Of a stretch of DNA of 64,000 nucleotides, positions 52,338 through 62,535 are shown one piece after another. Position 1 is the stretch's first letter. Each line of letters starts with the position of its first letter. This DNA is from Gammaproteobacteria bacterium. GTDB taxonomy: Bacteria; Pseudomonadota; Gammaproteobacteria; Steroidobacterales; GCA-2729495. A program made the position numbers and the translations under genes. The stretch lies in contig JBEBHH010000004.1 in the NCBI GenBank assembly GCA_040080965.1, positions 42,170 through 106,169 of the forward strand, read 5' to 3'. The notes beneath the pieces were generated by a model that was not told the origin of the DNA, searched no databases, and worked only from the letters and a program-made list of their open reading frames with translations.

Positions 52338-52844
52338 TTACAGGTGGATCGGCGTGCAGTGCTCGCCGTAGATCTGCTGCAGCTGGTCCGCGACGCAGGC
52401 CCGGTGGCACTCCGCGGGCTGCCGCTCGAAGCAGGTGAGCGCCACCCGCTCCCCGTTCAGCAGCCAGGTATGGATGCCGTCCAGCAGGGGCTGCTGGTTC
52501 GGCAGGGTGCGGAGGACGAAATCCTCGAGGCGGGACTCACGGCCTTCGCGCGTCCGCGGCACGCGCTGACTTTCCGAGTGGGCTCCGAGCTGCCAGAGGT
52601 GTTCGTAGCGGATGCCCGCGTCCGCGCAGGCCCTGCCCAGCGCCAGGCGCCCGAAGTCGGCGTCGCGGCTGACGGCGGTACGGCGCAGGTCGCACAGGAC
52701 CGTCACCGACCTGGAGACCAGCGCTTTCAGGTAGGCCTGCCGGGAGTAGCCCTGGTAGCCGATCGTGAACAGCCGGGTGCCGGCGTCCAGGACCACCGCG
52801 GGCCCGGGCGTCCGGTTGCGATAGCGGGTCAGCATGCCCAGCAT
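52338..52844 (-). CDS. DUF488 family protein
   Basis: LFTIGYQGYS..VTVLCDLRRTAVSRDADF..AGIRYEHLWQLG..CFERQPAECHR, the DUF488 pattern. Confidence 0.7.
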   Translation of the reverse strand: MLGMLTRYRNRTPGPAVVLDAGTRLFTIGYQGYSRQAYLKALVSRSVTVLCDLRRTAVSRDADFGRLALGRACADAGIRYEHLWQLGAHSESQRVPRTREGRESRLEDFVLRTLPNQQPLLDGIHTWLLNGERVALTCFERQPAECHRACVADQLQQIYGEHCTPIHL

Positions 52845-52859
52845 CAGCTCACCATCACG

Positions 52860-53753
52860 TCAGGCCACCGCCGGGGCGGACCGTGATGGCCGCCGGCCAA
52901 ACTGGTGGGCCCGGCCGGTCTGCCGGAGCGCCGACGGCGTGACGCCCTGCTCCTGGCCGCATTCACTGGCCCATTTGCGCACCACGTGGCAGAGGGCCTG
53001 CCGGGTCATCGGGAGGCCGGACGCCGTGGGAAAGCAGTAGGCGCCCTGTGCCGGGCTGAAGCCGTTCGTCGCCGCAGACTCATGCAGCGTCTTGAGGATT
53101 CCCATCAGCGTCTCGTCCAGCACGAAGCTGCGGATCGCTCCGTCGCGCAACGGCACGCGCACGACGTGCCAGTGCTCGTCAATCTGCTGCCAGCGCAGGA
53201 GCCGGACGTCGGAGATGCCGAGGCCGGTGCCGTAGAGCATGCAGACGATCGCGTGATCTCGCCGGGCGCGGTAGGCCGAGGCGGGCGACACGAAGTCGCC
53301 GCGGGGCGCGCGCAGCAGGCTGCGCACGACCTCGGCCCGCACCAGGCCGGATCCGGGCCGGAGGCCCTGGGGTACCAGCACGGCCGCGGCCGGGTTGAGT
53401 GCCACCGCCCCGTGGTGGACCAGGAATGCATAGAACCGGCGAAAGCTGGACATGTGCCGGGCCAGCGTGGACAGCTGGATCCCCTCTGCTGCCCGCTCCA
53501 CCACGTAGCCGGTCAGGTCAGCCGTGCTGAGGGCGTCCAGGTGCTTCCCTCTGCCGGCGGCCCACCGCGAGAGGATGGCGAGGTCCAGGCCGTAGGCTTC
53601 GAGGGTGCTGGCGCTCACGTGGCGCTCGTCCCGGGCGCTCCGGGTGAAGCGGTCGATCCACTCATCGCCGGCTCCGGCCACGCGGCCGCCATTGCCGTTA
53701 TCCACCGCACCGGTTGTGGAGGTGGAAGCACAGGGAATCGGCGGAGCCAGCAT
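52860..53753 (-). pseudogene. XerC/XerD-like tyrosine recombinase remnant (catalytic residues lost, C-terminal Tyr region missing)
   Basis: The N-terminal SAM-like core-binding region is intact (DEWIDRFTRSARDERHVSASTLEAYGLDLAILSRW..FRRFYAFLVHHG..NPAA). Box I reads LYGTGLGISD (Gly where the catalytic Arg sits) and box II reads TPSALRQTG (HxLRH degraded). The ORF stops about 20 aa later without an LGH..Y motif. Possible starts are ATG 53753, GTG 53705 or GTG 53681. The upstream part of the track ORF (to 54107) is a shadow of the glucan synthase gene. Confidence 0.55.
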
Positions 53754-56700
53754 GGAGTGGACTTTCGGGCGGACGGGAGAGCTTGAACAGGACGTTAGGG
53801 CGCTACCCCGTGCGTGTCTGTTCGGTATCGAACGTTCGAAAGCGCCGGAAGACCCCACACTCCACCCTTTTCGAGGTTTCCCTGCCGTGAAGCTACCCGG
53901 GCTGTTACGGCCTCGCGAGAGACATACCGGGCGGCGCGCCGTGGGCGATCGCTCCCCCGCGTCACCCTGGGACAACGAGGAGGTCCTGCGCGGAGAGCTG
54001 TTCAGCATCGAGCGGCTCGAGCAGCACGCCATCAGCCTGGCTGCCGCGCAGCAGATCGCGCCGAAGCCCGTGCGCCGCCCGCCGCTGGCCGTGCGCCTCA
54101 CTGACAACGAGACGGTACTGCTGGCGGCCTATCACGCCATCGCGCGGGCCGTGGGCGAGGACCGCGCCATTACTCCCGCCGCCGAGTGGCTGCTCGACAA
54201 CTACCACCTCGTGCAGGACCAGATCCGGGAGATCCGCGAAGACCTGCCGCCGGGCTTCTACAGGCAGTTGCCGAAGCTCGCGAGCGGTCCCTTCATGGGC
54301 TATCCCCGGGTGTTCGGCATCGCCTGGGCATTCGTGGCGCACACGGACAGCCATTTCGAACCGGATGCCCTGCGGCGGTTCGTAAAGGCCTACCAGACCG
54401 TCGTGCCCCTCAGCATCGGCGAGCTGTGGGCCGTCGCCATCACGCTCCGCATCGTGCTCGTCGAGAACATGCGCCGCGCGGCCCAGCGGATCCTGAGCAG
54501 CCGGGAGGCGCGCCAGGAAGCCGATGAACTGGCGGACCGCCTGCTGGCGGGGAATGGCGATGCCGTGGATCCCGGCATCCTCCTCAGGCGCTACGACGAC
54601 GGCCGGGAACTGCACAAGGCCTTTGTCGTCCAGCTGGTGCAACGACTGCGCGACCAGGACCCCCGCATCACGCCGGCGCTGACCTGGCTCGAGGACCGGC
54701 TGTCCGCCGGGGGCCTGACTGCCGAAGCGGTCGTCCGGGATGAGCACCAGCGGCAGGCGATGTCGAATGTCACCGTCCGCAATGTCATCACCAGCATGCG
54801 GCTCATCTCGGAGCTCGAGTGGTCGGACTTCTTCGAGAGCGTCAGCCTGGTCGACGAGGCGCTGGGGGCCAGCAGCGATTTCGCCCGCATGGACTTCGCC
54901 ACCCGCAACCTCTACCGGAGCCGGATCGAGGAACTCGCGCGGGGGACGAAGCTGTCGGAGCTGGACATTGCAGCGGCGGCGATCACCGCTGCGCGGAATG
55001 CCCCAGACCAGGCTGGCCGGGCATCCGACCCCGGATTCCACCTGATTGCCGCCGGCCGGGCGGCGTTCGAATCAGCCGTCGGTTACCGTGCGCCGCTCCG
55101 GCACCTGCCCGGCCGCCTGCTGATGCGGTGTGGCGCAGGTCCGTACATCGGCGCGATCCTGCTGATGGCGCCCCTCATTCTTGCTCTGCCCCTGCTCGGA
55201 CTTGGCGAACAGGGTATTGCGGGTCCGATCCTGCTGGTGCTCGGGCTCCTCGGCCTGCTGCCGGCGATGGATGCCGCCGTGGCGCTGGTGAACCAGGCGG
55301 TGACCCGCAGTGTCCCGGCAACCGCCCTGCCCGGACTCGCGCTTCGGGAAGGAGTGCCGGCGGAGCTCCGGACACTGGTTGCAGTGCCGATCCTCCTCAC
55401 GTCGGCGCAGGCCATTGCGGAGGAGATCGAGCGCCTGGAGATCCATTACCTGGCGTCGCCCGAGGACGAACTCCACTTCGCGCTGCTCTCGGACTGGGTC
55501 GACGCAGCTGCCGAACACGCCGACGGCGACGATGAACTGCTCGCGGTGGCCACCCATGGCATCGCACGGCTGAACCGGCTCTACGGCCCGGTGACCGCCG
55601 GTGACCGGTTCATGCTGCTGCACCGGCGCCGCGTGTGGAGCGCTACCCAGCAGAAGTGGATGGGATGGGAACGCAAGCGGGGCAAGCTGCACGAACTGAA
55701 TCGCCTGCTGCGCGGCGCAACCAGCACCACCTTCGTCGACGCCGAGGGGTGCTCCCCGGCCGTGCCGCCGGGCGTCCGCTTCGTCATCACCCTCGACGCC
55801 GATACCCGGCTGCCGCGCGACGCCGCCCGGCGCCTGATTGGCAAGCTGGCTCATCCCCTCAACCGCCCGCGGTTCGATGCCGCCACCGCGCGGGTCGTGG
55901 AAGGCCACGCCGTCCTCCAGCCCCGGGTCACGCCCTCCCTGCCCATGGGCCACGAAGGTTCGCTCTTCCAGCGCATCGTATCGAGTTCCCCCGGCCTGGA
56001 TCCCTACGCTGCCGCGGTGTCCGACGTCTACCAGGACCTGTTCGGCGAAGGGTCCTACGCCGGCAAGGGCATCTACGACGTCGACGCCTTCGAGGCGGCG
56101 CTGGCCGGGCGGACGGCGGAGGGCGCGCTGCTCAGCCATGACCTGTTCGAAGGGATATTCGCCCGGGCCGCGCTCGTGTCCGATATCGAGGTCATCGAGG
56201 AGTTCCCGGAGCGCTACGACGTCGCGTGCGCCCGCCAGCACCGCTGGGCGCGAGGCGACTGGCAGCTGCTCCCGTGGCTGCTGGGACGGCGCACCCGTGC
56301 TGGTGGCGACGGTCAGGGCAATGCGCTGCCGTTGCTGAGCGCGTGGAAGATGACGGACAACCTGCGCCGGACACTCTCGGCACCGGCGGCATTTGCCGCG
56401 CTGGTGGCCGGCTGGCTGCTGCCCCTGCCAGCCGCCCTGGCGTGGACGGCCTTCGTCCTGGCGACGATCACGGTGCCGGCGCTGCTGCCGGCCGTGGCGG
56501 CCATCGTGCCGAGGCACTCCGGAATCACGGCGCGCAGCCACCTGGGCGCCCTCGCGAGGGATTTCCGTCGGGCCATTGGCCAGGTGCTGTTCCAGATCGT
56601 TGCGCTGCCACACCAGGCCTGGCTGATGACCGACGCCATCGTCCGGACCCTCTACCGGCTTTTCGTCAGCCACCGGAACCTGCTCGAGTGGGTTACCGCG

Positions 56701-59700
56701 GAGCAGGCGGCCCTGGCTGCCACCGACAACACGCCTGCCATCTACCTGAAGATGCTGGGCAGCGTCGCCATCGCGCTGGCAGGATTCCTGCTGGTCCTGT
56801 TCCTGCCGCTCTGGGTCGGCGGCAGCAGCGCGGCCTGGATCGCGGCGCCTTTCACATTGCTCTGGCTGGCGGCGCCCGCCCTGGCGCTCGGGATCAGCCG
56901 CAGCCGGTCAACCGGCGGCAGTCTCGTGGTGACACCCGACGAGGCTCGCGACCTCCGGCTCGTGGCACGCCGCACGTGGCGTTTCTTCGAGACGTTCGTC
57001 ACGGCGGAAGACAACATGCTGCCCCCGGACAATTTCCAGGAGGACCCGACGCCCGTCCTGGCGCATCGCACGTCGCCCACGAACATCGGCCTTTACCTGC
57101 TTTCCACGGCCAGCGCCCGCGACTTCGGCTGGATCGGGACCGTCGAAGCACTGGAGCGGATCGAGGCAACCCTGGCCACGATGGACCGGCTGCAGCGCTT
57201 CCGGGGCCACTTCTATAACTGGTACGACACCCGGGACCTCCGGCCGCTGGACCCCCGCTACGTCTCGACGGTGGACAGCGGCAACCTGGCGGCGCACCTG
57301 GTCACCGCGGCGAATGCGGCGTGTGAATGGGTGACGCTCGCCATCACGCCGGCGTGCTTCGCCGCCGGCGCGCGGGATGCCCTGGACCTGGCGCGCGAGG
57401 CCCTGGACTCGATACCCGGCACGCTGCGCAGGGGCTCGGCATTGTGGCCGCAACTCGGGGAACAGCTGGACCGTGTCGCCAAGCTCCTGGGCGAGACAGG
57501 CCCGCCGGGGGCGGAGAATCCGGCGCGGCTGCACGCCCTGGCGCGCCACACCGCCACGCTCGTGGATATCGCCCGGACGCTCGCCAGCGAGCACACCGAC
57601 GAGGCGCACAGCGACCTGCTCTACTGGACGGACGCGACCCAGCGCTCCATCGAAAGCTGGCGCCGCGACAGCGGGCGCACCCACGACGCCGCGCATGCCC
57701 TGAAGGCCCGCCTGATCGCCTCGGCCAACACGATGCGCAGGCTGGCCTACTCGATGGACTTCGCCTTCCTGCTGGACCCGCAACGCCGGCTGCTGTCCAT
57801 CGGCTACCGGACCGCGGACGGCTCGCTCGATCCGAACTGCTACGACCTGCTTGCCTCCGAGGCGCGCCTCGCCAGCTTCTTCGCCATCGCCAAGGGGGAC
57901 GTGCCCAGCCGGCACTGGTTCCGCCTGGGGCGGCAGGCGACACCGGTGGGTGCAGGCGCCGCCCTCGTCTCCTGGTCGGGCTCCATGTTCGAGTACCTGA
58001 TGCCGTCCCTGGTGATGCGCGCGCCCGCCGGCAGCCTCCTCGAGCAGACGAGCCGCCTGATCGTGCGGCGCCAGGTGAGCTACGGGGCCGCGCTGGGCCT
58101 GCCCTGGGGAATCTCGGAATCGGCCTATAACGTGCGGGACCTGGAACTCACGTACCAGTACTCCAACTTCGGCGTGCCGGGCCTCGGCCTCAAGCGGGGA
58201 CTCAGCTCGGACGCGGTGGTGGCACCCTACGCCACGGCCCTCGCCAGCATGGTCGATCCCGGACGGGCCACGCGCAATTTCGCGGCCCTCGCCACCCAGG
58301 GGGCCGTCGGCCGCTACGGCTACTACGAAGCCCTCGACTTCACCCGGAGCCGGCTGCCGGAAGGCGCGCGCCTGGCGATCGTCCGCGCCTTCATGGCGCA
58401 CCACCAGGGCATGACCGTGGTGGCGATCGCCAACGTGCTTCTCGACGGGACCATGCGCCGGCGCTTTCACGCAGAGCCCAGGGTGCAGGCCACGGAACTG
58501 CTCCTGCAGGAGCGGACGCCGCGCGACGTTTCCGTGGCTCACCCGCGAGCCGAGGAAGTCCGGACCGCGCCGAGGGTCGAGGACCTGCCGCTCCCCGAGG
58601 TGCGCCGCCTGCACACGGCCCACGACACGACCCCGCAGGCGCACCTGCTGTCCAACGGACGCTACGCCGTCATGGTGACCGCCGCCGGCTCCGGCTACAG
58701 CCGCTGGCAGGACCTGGGGATAACCCGGTGGCGCGACGACCCGACGCGGGACGACACGGGCAGCTACCTCTACATTCGCGACGTGGACACCGGCCGGGTC
58801 TGGTCCGCGGGCTACCAGCCCACCGGCGTCGAACCGGAGACCTACCAGGTCACCTTCACCGAGGATCGCGCCGAGTTCCAGCGCATGGACGCGCGCATCC
58901 TGACCACGCTCGAGATCATCGTCTCGCCGGAGGAAGACGCGGAAGTCCGCCAGCTGTCGCTCACCAACACGGGCAGCCGCGAGCGGATCCTGGAGGTCAC
59001 GTCCTGTGCCGAGCTGTCGCTCGCGCCGCCGGCAGCGGACGCGGCGCACCCGGCGTTCTCGAAGCTCTTCGTCCAGACCGAGTATGTCGCCCGATACGGC
59101 GCACTGCTGGCCACGCGCCGGAAGCGGGCGCCCGGCGAACCCGACGTGTGGGCGGCACACCAGGCCGTCATCGAGGGCGAGGTGGTGGGCAGCACCGAGA
59201 TCGAGACCGACCGGGCCCGCTTCCTCGGCCGTGGCCACGACGTGCGCGCACCTGGCGCCATGCTCGATGACCGGCGGTTGTCCAATTCGGTCGGTACCGT
59301 GCTGGACCCGGTGTTCGTGCTCCGGAACCGGGTCCGCGTGGCGCCGGGCGCGACCGTGCGCATCGCCTTCTGGACCACGGTCGCCAGCACCCGCGAGCGC
59401 GTCCTGGACCTCGTCGACCGTCACCACGACGCCAACGCCTTCATTCGCGCCGGCACGCTGGCCTGGACCCAGGCGCAGGTCCAGTTGCGGCACCTGGGCA
59501 TCACCGCGGTGGAAGCCAGCCTGTTCCAGCGCCTCGCGGGGCGCGTGCTCTACCCCGATGCGGCCCTGCGGCCGGCGTCTGACTCGATCCGCCGTGGCAG
59601 TGGCGGGCCCGCGGGCCTGTGGAGCCAGGGCATCTCGGGCGACCTGCCGATCGTTCTCCTGCGGATCAACGACATGGAGGACATCCCGCTGGCCCGCCAG

Positions 59701-62535
59701 CTCCTGCAGGCCCACGAGTACTGGCGCATGAAGCAGCTGGCCGTGGACCTGGTGATCCTCAACGAGCGCGGCGCGTCCTACATCCAGGAACTGCAGATCG
59801 CCCTCGACACGCTGGTCCGCACCAGCCAGTCACGCGTCCAGGCCGCGCCGCCTGTCGCCGCGAACGCCGCGCGAGGCAGCGTGTTCGTGCTGCGCGCGGA
59901 CATGCTTCCGGCAGACACCCAGGCCCTCCTCTGCTCGGTGGCGCGCGTGGTGCTGGTCGCCCAGCGCGGCAGCCTGGCGGACCAGCTCGACCGGGCCCGC
60001 CGGCCGGCCGTTGCTCCGGCCCGCGTCGCGCCCCGCCCGATGGACCCGGCGGACCACCCGGTGACCGGCCCGGCCCCGGAGGACCTCGAGTTCTTCAACG
60101 GGCTTGGCGGCTTTGCCGACGACGGCCGCGAGTACGTCACGCTGCTCGGGCCTGGCCAGGCCACGCCGGCACCCTGGATCAACGTCATCGCCAATCCGTC
60201 CTTCGGCTTCCAGGTCGCCGCCGAAGGCAGCAGTTTCACCTGGTCGATGAACAGCCGCGAGAACCAGCTGACGCCCTGGTCGAACGACCCGGTCACCGAC
60301 CGGCCGGGCGAGGCGCTCTACCTGCGGGACGAGGACTCCGGAGAGGTCTGGGGACCAACGGTGTCGCCGTGCCATGACCCGGGCGCCTTTCATACTGCGC
60401 GCCACGGACAGGGTTACAGCCGGTTCTCCCACGAATCCCGCGGCGTCGCGCTCGACCTGCTCATGTACGTCCCGCTGGAGGATCCCGTCCGGATCGCGCG
60501 CCTCAAGGTGCGCAACCTGTCTGGCAGGCCACGGCGCCTGTCAGTGACAGCCTATGTCGAGTGGGTGCTCGGCCCGTCACGGGCCGCGGGCGCGCCCTTC
60601 ATCGTGACCGAGATGGACCCGGTGACGGGCGCCATGTTCGCGCGCAATCCCTGGAATGTTGCCTGCGGCTCGCGCGTTGCGTTCGCGGATCTCGCCGGCC
60701 GGCAAACCGACTGGACGGCGGACCGGCGTGATTTCCTCGGCCGTCACGGCACCCTGGCGGAACCCACCGCCCTCCTGCGGGCGGGCCGGCTGTCCCGGCG
60801 CGTCGGCGCGGGACTGGATCCCTGCGGAGCGCTCCAGACCACCTTCACCCTGGACGCCGGCCAGTCGATCGAGATCGTCTCCCTGCTCGGCGAAGCCGCC
60901 GACGCGGGCCAGGCGCAGGCCTTGCTGGGGCGCTATCGCTCGACGGACCTCGACGCGGTATTTCGGGACGTCGTCGCGCACTGGGACCAGCTGCTCGGCA
61001 CCGTCCAGGTGAAGACCCCGGACCGCTCGCTGGACATCATCCTCAACCGCTGGATGCTCTACCAGACGCTGGCCTGCCGCGTGTGGGCCCGGTCGGGTTT
61101 CTACCAGGCCAGCGGCGCCTACGGATTCCGTGACCAGCTCCAGGACGGCATGGCGCTGGCCATCGCGAGCCCCGCGCTGACCCGGGATCACCTGTTGCGC
61201 GCGGCCGGCCGGCAGTTCGGTGCGGGCGATGTCCAGCACTGGTGGCTGCCGACGACAGGTCAGGGCGTGCGCACGCGCATCTCCGACGACCGGGTGTGGC
61301 TTGCCCATGCGGTCGCGCACTATGTCCGGACGACCGGCGATACCAACCTGCTCGACGCACTGGCTCCGTTCCTCGAGGGCCAGGCGCTTCGCCCCGGCGA
61401 GCACGATGCGTTCTTCAAGCCTTCAGTGTCCGACGAGGAGGCCTCGCTCTTCGAGCATTGCGCCCGGGCTCTCGACCAGAGCCTGGCCGTCGGCGAACAC
61501 GGCCTGCCCCTGATCGGCACGGGCGACTGGAACGACGGGATGAACCGCGTTGGCGAACTGGGCCACGGGGAAAGCATCTGGCTCGGCTGGTTCCTGCACG
61601 CCACGCTCACGGAATTCGCGCCGCTGGCGCAGGCGCGCGGCGACCCGCTGCACGCCGCGCGGTGGAAGGCCCACGCCGCTGCCCTGCAGGCGGCCCTCGA
61701 GGAACACGGCTGGGATGGCGGCTGGTACCGCCGCGGCTATTTCGACGACGGCACGCCGCTGGGCTCGGCGTCCAGCGAGGAGTGCCGCATCGACTCGATC
61801 GCCCAGTCCTGGAGCGTGATCTCCGGCGCGGGCAGCCGCGAGCGGGCCACGCAGGCCATGGCGGCCGTGGACAGCCAGCTCATCCAGCCCGACAGGGGCC
61901 TGGCGCTGCTCTTCGCACCCCCGTTCGACCGGACGCCGCTCGATCCCGGCTACATCAAGGGCTACCCGCCCGGCATCCGCGAAAACGGCGGCCAGTACAC
62001 GCACGCCGCGGCCTGGTCGGTGATCGCCTTCGCCATGCTAGGCCAGGGCGACCGGGCCGCGGCCCTCCTGTCGATGCTCAATCCCGTGAACCGGACGATG
62101 ACCCGCGCCGCCGTCCACCGTTACAAGGTCGAGCCCTACGTGGTCGCGGCGGACGTCTACTCCGTGCCGCCCCACGCGGGCCGTGGCGGCTGGACCTGGT
62201 ACACCGGCTCGGCGGGCTGGCTGTACCGCGCCGGGCTCGAGTGGCTGCTGGGCTTCCGGCTGCGGGGCGAAACCCTGGAGCTCTCACCCTGCATTCCGGC
62301 AGACTGGCCCGGGTTCGAGATCCTGTTCAGGTACCAGCAAACGCGCTACGAGATACTGGTTACGAACCCCGATGGCGTGAGCGGCGGCGTAGCCTCCGCG
62401 GAGCTCGACGGACGCGAACTGCCGGCTGGCCAGACCCGGATCGCGCTCGTGAACGACGGCAGCACCCACCGCCTGAGGCTGGTGCTGGGAGAGCAGCAGC
62501 TGCCGATTGGCCGTACACTCGGAGAGCAGTTATGA
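53752..62535 (+). CDS. ndvB: Cyclic beta-1,2-glucan synthase (NdvB/ChvB/Cgs type: TM + GT84-like glycosyltransferase + cyclase + GH94-like phosphorylase regions)
   Basis: 2927 aa from the ATG at 53752 (GGCGGAG SD; alternative in-frame GTGs at 53887 and 53941). RGELFSIERLEQHAISLA N-terminus, several TM helices, VITLDADTRLPRDAARRLIGKLAHPLNRP and QHRWARGDWQL (processive GT signature), and the C-terminal blocks YGFRDQLQD, GTGDWNDGMN, ENGGQYTHAA. Confidence 0.85.
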   Translation: MEWTFGRTGELEQDVRALPRACLFGIERSKAPEDPTLHPFRGFPAVKLPGLLRPRERHTGRRAVGDRSPASPWDNEEVLRGELFSIERLEQHAISLAAAQQIAPKPVRRPPLAVRLTDNETVLLAAYHAIARAVGEDRAITPAAEWLLDNYHLVQDQIREIREDLPPGFYRQLPKLASGPFMGYPRVFGIAWAFVAHTDSHFEPDALRRFVKAYQTVVPLSIGELWAVAITLRIVLVENMRRAAQRILSSREARQEADELADRLLAGNGDAVDPGILLRRYDDGRELHKAFVVQLVQRLRDQDPRITPALTWLEDRLSAGGLTAEAVVRDEHQRQAMSNVTVRNVITSMRLISELEWSDFFESVSLVDEALGASSDFARMDFATRNLYRSRIEELARGTKLSELDIAAAAITAARNAPDQAGRASDPGFHLIAAGRAAFESAVGYRAPLRHLPGRLLMRCGAGPYIGAILLMAPLILALPLLGLGEQGIAGPILLVLGLLGLLPAMDAAVALVNQAVTRSVPATALPGLALREGVPAELRTLVAVPILLTSAQAIAEEIERLEIHYLASPEDELHFALLSDWVDAAAEHADGDDELLAVATHGIARLNRLYGPVTAGDRFMLLHRRRVWSATQQKWMGWERKRGKLHELNRLLRGATSTTFVDAEGCSPAVPPGVRFVITLDADTRLPRDAARRLIGKLAHPLNRPRFDAATARVVEGHAVLQPRVTPSLPMGHEGSLFQRIVSSSPGLDPYAAAVSDVYQDLFGEGSYAGKGIYDVDAFEAALAGRTAEGALLSHDLFEGIFARAALVSDIEVIEEFPERYDVACARQHRWARGDWQLLPWLLGRRTRAGGDGQGNALPLLSAWKMTDNLRRTLSAPAAFAALVAGWLLPLPAALAWTAFVLATITVPALLPAVAAIVPRHSGITARSHLGALARDFRRAIGQVLFQIVALPHQAWLMTDAIVRTLYRLFVSHRNLLEWVTAEQAALAATDNTPAIYLKMLGSVAIALAGFLLVLFLPLWVGGSSAAWIAAPFTLLWLAAPALALGISRSRSTGGSLVVTPDEARDLRLVARRTWRFFETFVTAEDNMLPPDNFQEDPTPVLAHRTSPTNIGLYLLSTASARDFGWIGTVEALERIEATLATMDRLQRFRGHFYNWYDTRDLRPLDPRYVSTVDSGNLAAHLVTAANAACEWVTLAITPACFAAGARDALDLAREALDSIPGTLRRGSALWPQLGEQLDRVAKLLGETGPPGAENPARLHALARHTATLVDIARTLASEHTDEAHSDLLYWTDATQRSIESWRRDSGRTHDAAHALKARLIASANTMRRLAYSMDFAFLLDPQRRLLSIGYRTADGSLDPNCYDLLASEARLASFFAIAKGDVPSRHWFRLGRQATPVGAGAALVSWSGSMFEYLMPSLVMRAPAGSLLEQTSRLIVRRQVSYGAALGLPWGISESAYNVRDLELTYQYSNFGVPGLGLKRGLSSDAVVAPYATALASMVDPGRATRNFAALATQGAVGRYGYYEALDFTRSRLPEGARLAIVRAFMAHHQGMTVVAIANVLLDGTMRRRFHAEPRVQATELLLQERTPRDVSVAHPRAEEVRTAPRVEDLPLPEVRRLHTAHDTTPQAHLLSNGRYAVMVTAAGSGYSRWQDLGITRWRDDPTRDDTGSYLYIRDVDTGRVWSAGYQPTGVEPETYQVTFTEDRAEFQRMDARILTTLEIIVSPEEDAEVRQLSLTNTGSRERILEVTSCAELSLAPPAADAAHPAFSKLFVQTEYVARYGALLATRRKRAPGEPDVWAAHQAVIEGEVVGSTEIETDRARFLGRGHDVRAPGAMLDDRRLSNSVGTVLDPVFVLRNRVRVAPGATVRIAFWTTVASTRERVLDLVDRHHDANAFIRAGTLAWTQAQVQLRHLGITAVEASLFQRLAGRVLYPDAALRPASDSIRRGSGGPAGLWSQGISGDLPIVLLRINDMEDIPLARQLLQAHEYWRMKQLAVDLVILNERGASYIQELQIALDTLVRTSQSRVQAAPPVAANAARGSVFVLRADMLPADTQALLCSVARVVLVAQRGSLADQLDRARRPAVAPARVAPRPMDPADHPVTGPAPEDLEFFNGLGGFADDGREYVTLLGPGQATPAPWINVIANPSFGFQVAAEGSSFTWSMNSRENQLTPWSNDPVTDRPGEALYLRDEDSGEVWGPTVSPCHDPGAFHTARHGQGYSRFSHESRGVALDLLMYVPLEDPVRIARLKVRNLSGRPRRLSVTAYVEWVLGPSRAAGAPFIVTEMDPVTGAMFARNPWNVACGSRVAFADLAGRQTDWTADRRDFLGRHGTLAEPTALLRAGRLSRRVGAGLDPCGALQTTFTLDAGQSIEIVSLLGEAADAGQAQALLGRYRSTDLDAVFRDVVAHWDQLLGTVQVKTPDRSLDIILNRWMLYQTLACRVWARSGFYQASGAYGFRDQLQDGMALAIASPALTRDHLLRAAGRQFGAGDVQHWWLPTTGQGVRTRISDDRVWLAHAVAHYVRTTGDTNLLDALAPFLEGQALRPGEHDAFFKPSVSDEEASLFEHCARALDQSLAVGEHGLPLIGTGDWNDGMNRVGELGHGESIWLGWFLHATLTEFAPLAQARGDPLHAARWKAHAAALQAALEEHGWDGGWYRRGYFDDGTPLGSASSEECRIDSIAQSWSVISGAGSRERATQAMAAVDSQLIQPDRGLALLFAPPFDRTPLDPGYIKGYPPGIRENGGQYTHAAAWSVIAFAMLGQGDRAAALLSMLNPVNRTMTRAAVHRYKVEPYVVAADVYSVPPHAGRGGWTWYTGSAGWLYRAGLEWLLGFRLRGETLELSPCIPADWPGFEILFRYQQTRYEILVTNPDGVSGGVASAELDGRELPAGQTRIALVNDGSTHRLRLVLGEQQLPIGRTLGEQL

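Noticed and set aside
53605-53751. Track start of the giant ORF at 53605 (2976 aa)
   Set aside because: The first 49 codons overlap the recombinase-like ORF and have no SD. The ATG at 53752 has GGCGGAG upstream. The in-frame GTGs at 53887 and 53941 remain possible, so the exact start is unresolved.
52338-53753. Integrase-like gene as evidence for an intact prophage, integron or integrative element
   Set aside because: There are no attachment-site repeats, tRNA gene, excisionase, phage or conjugation genes, or gene cassettes in the window. The recombinase itself looks inactive and truncated. I report it only as a remnant.
61242-62531. First 430 aa of the 671-aa track ORF overlapping the 3' end of the glucan synthase gene
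   Set aside because: It is an out-of-frame shadow of the synthase (Arg/Gly/Pro-rich). Only the part from the ATG at 62532 has a signal peptide, a lipobox and sensible composition.
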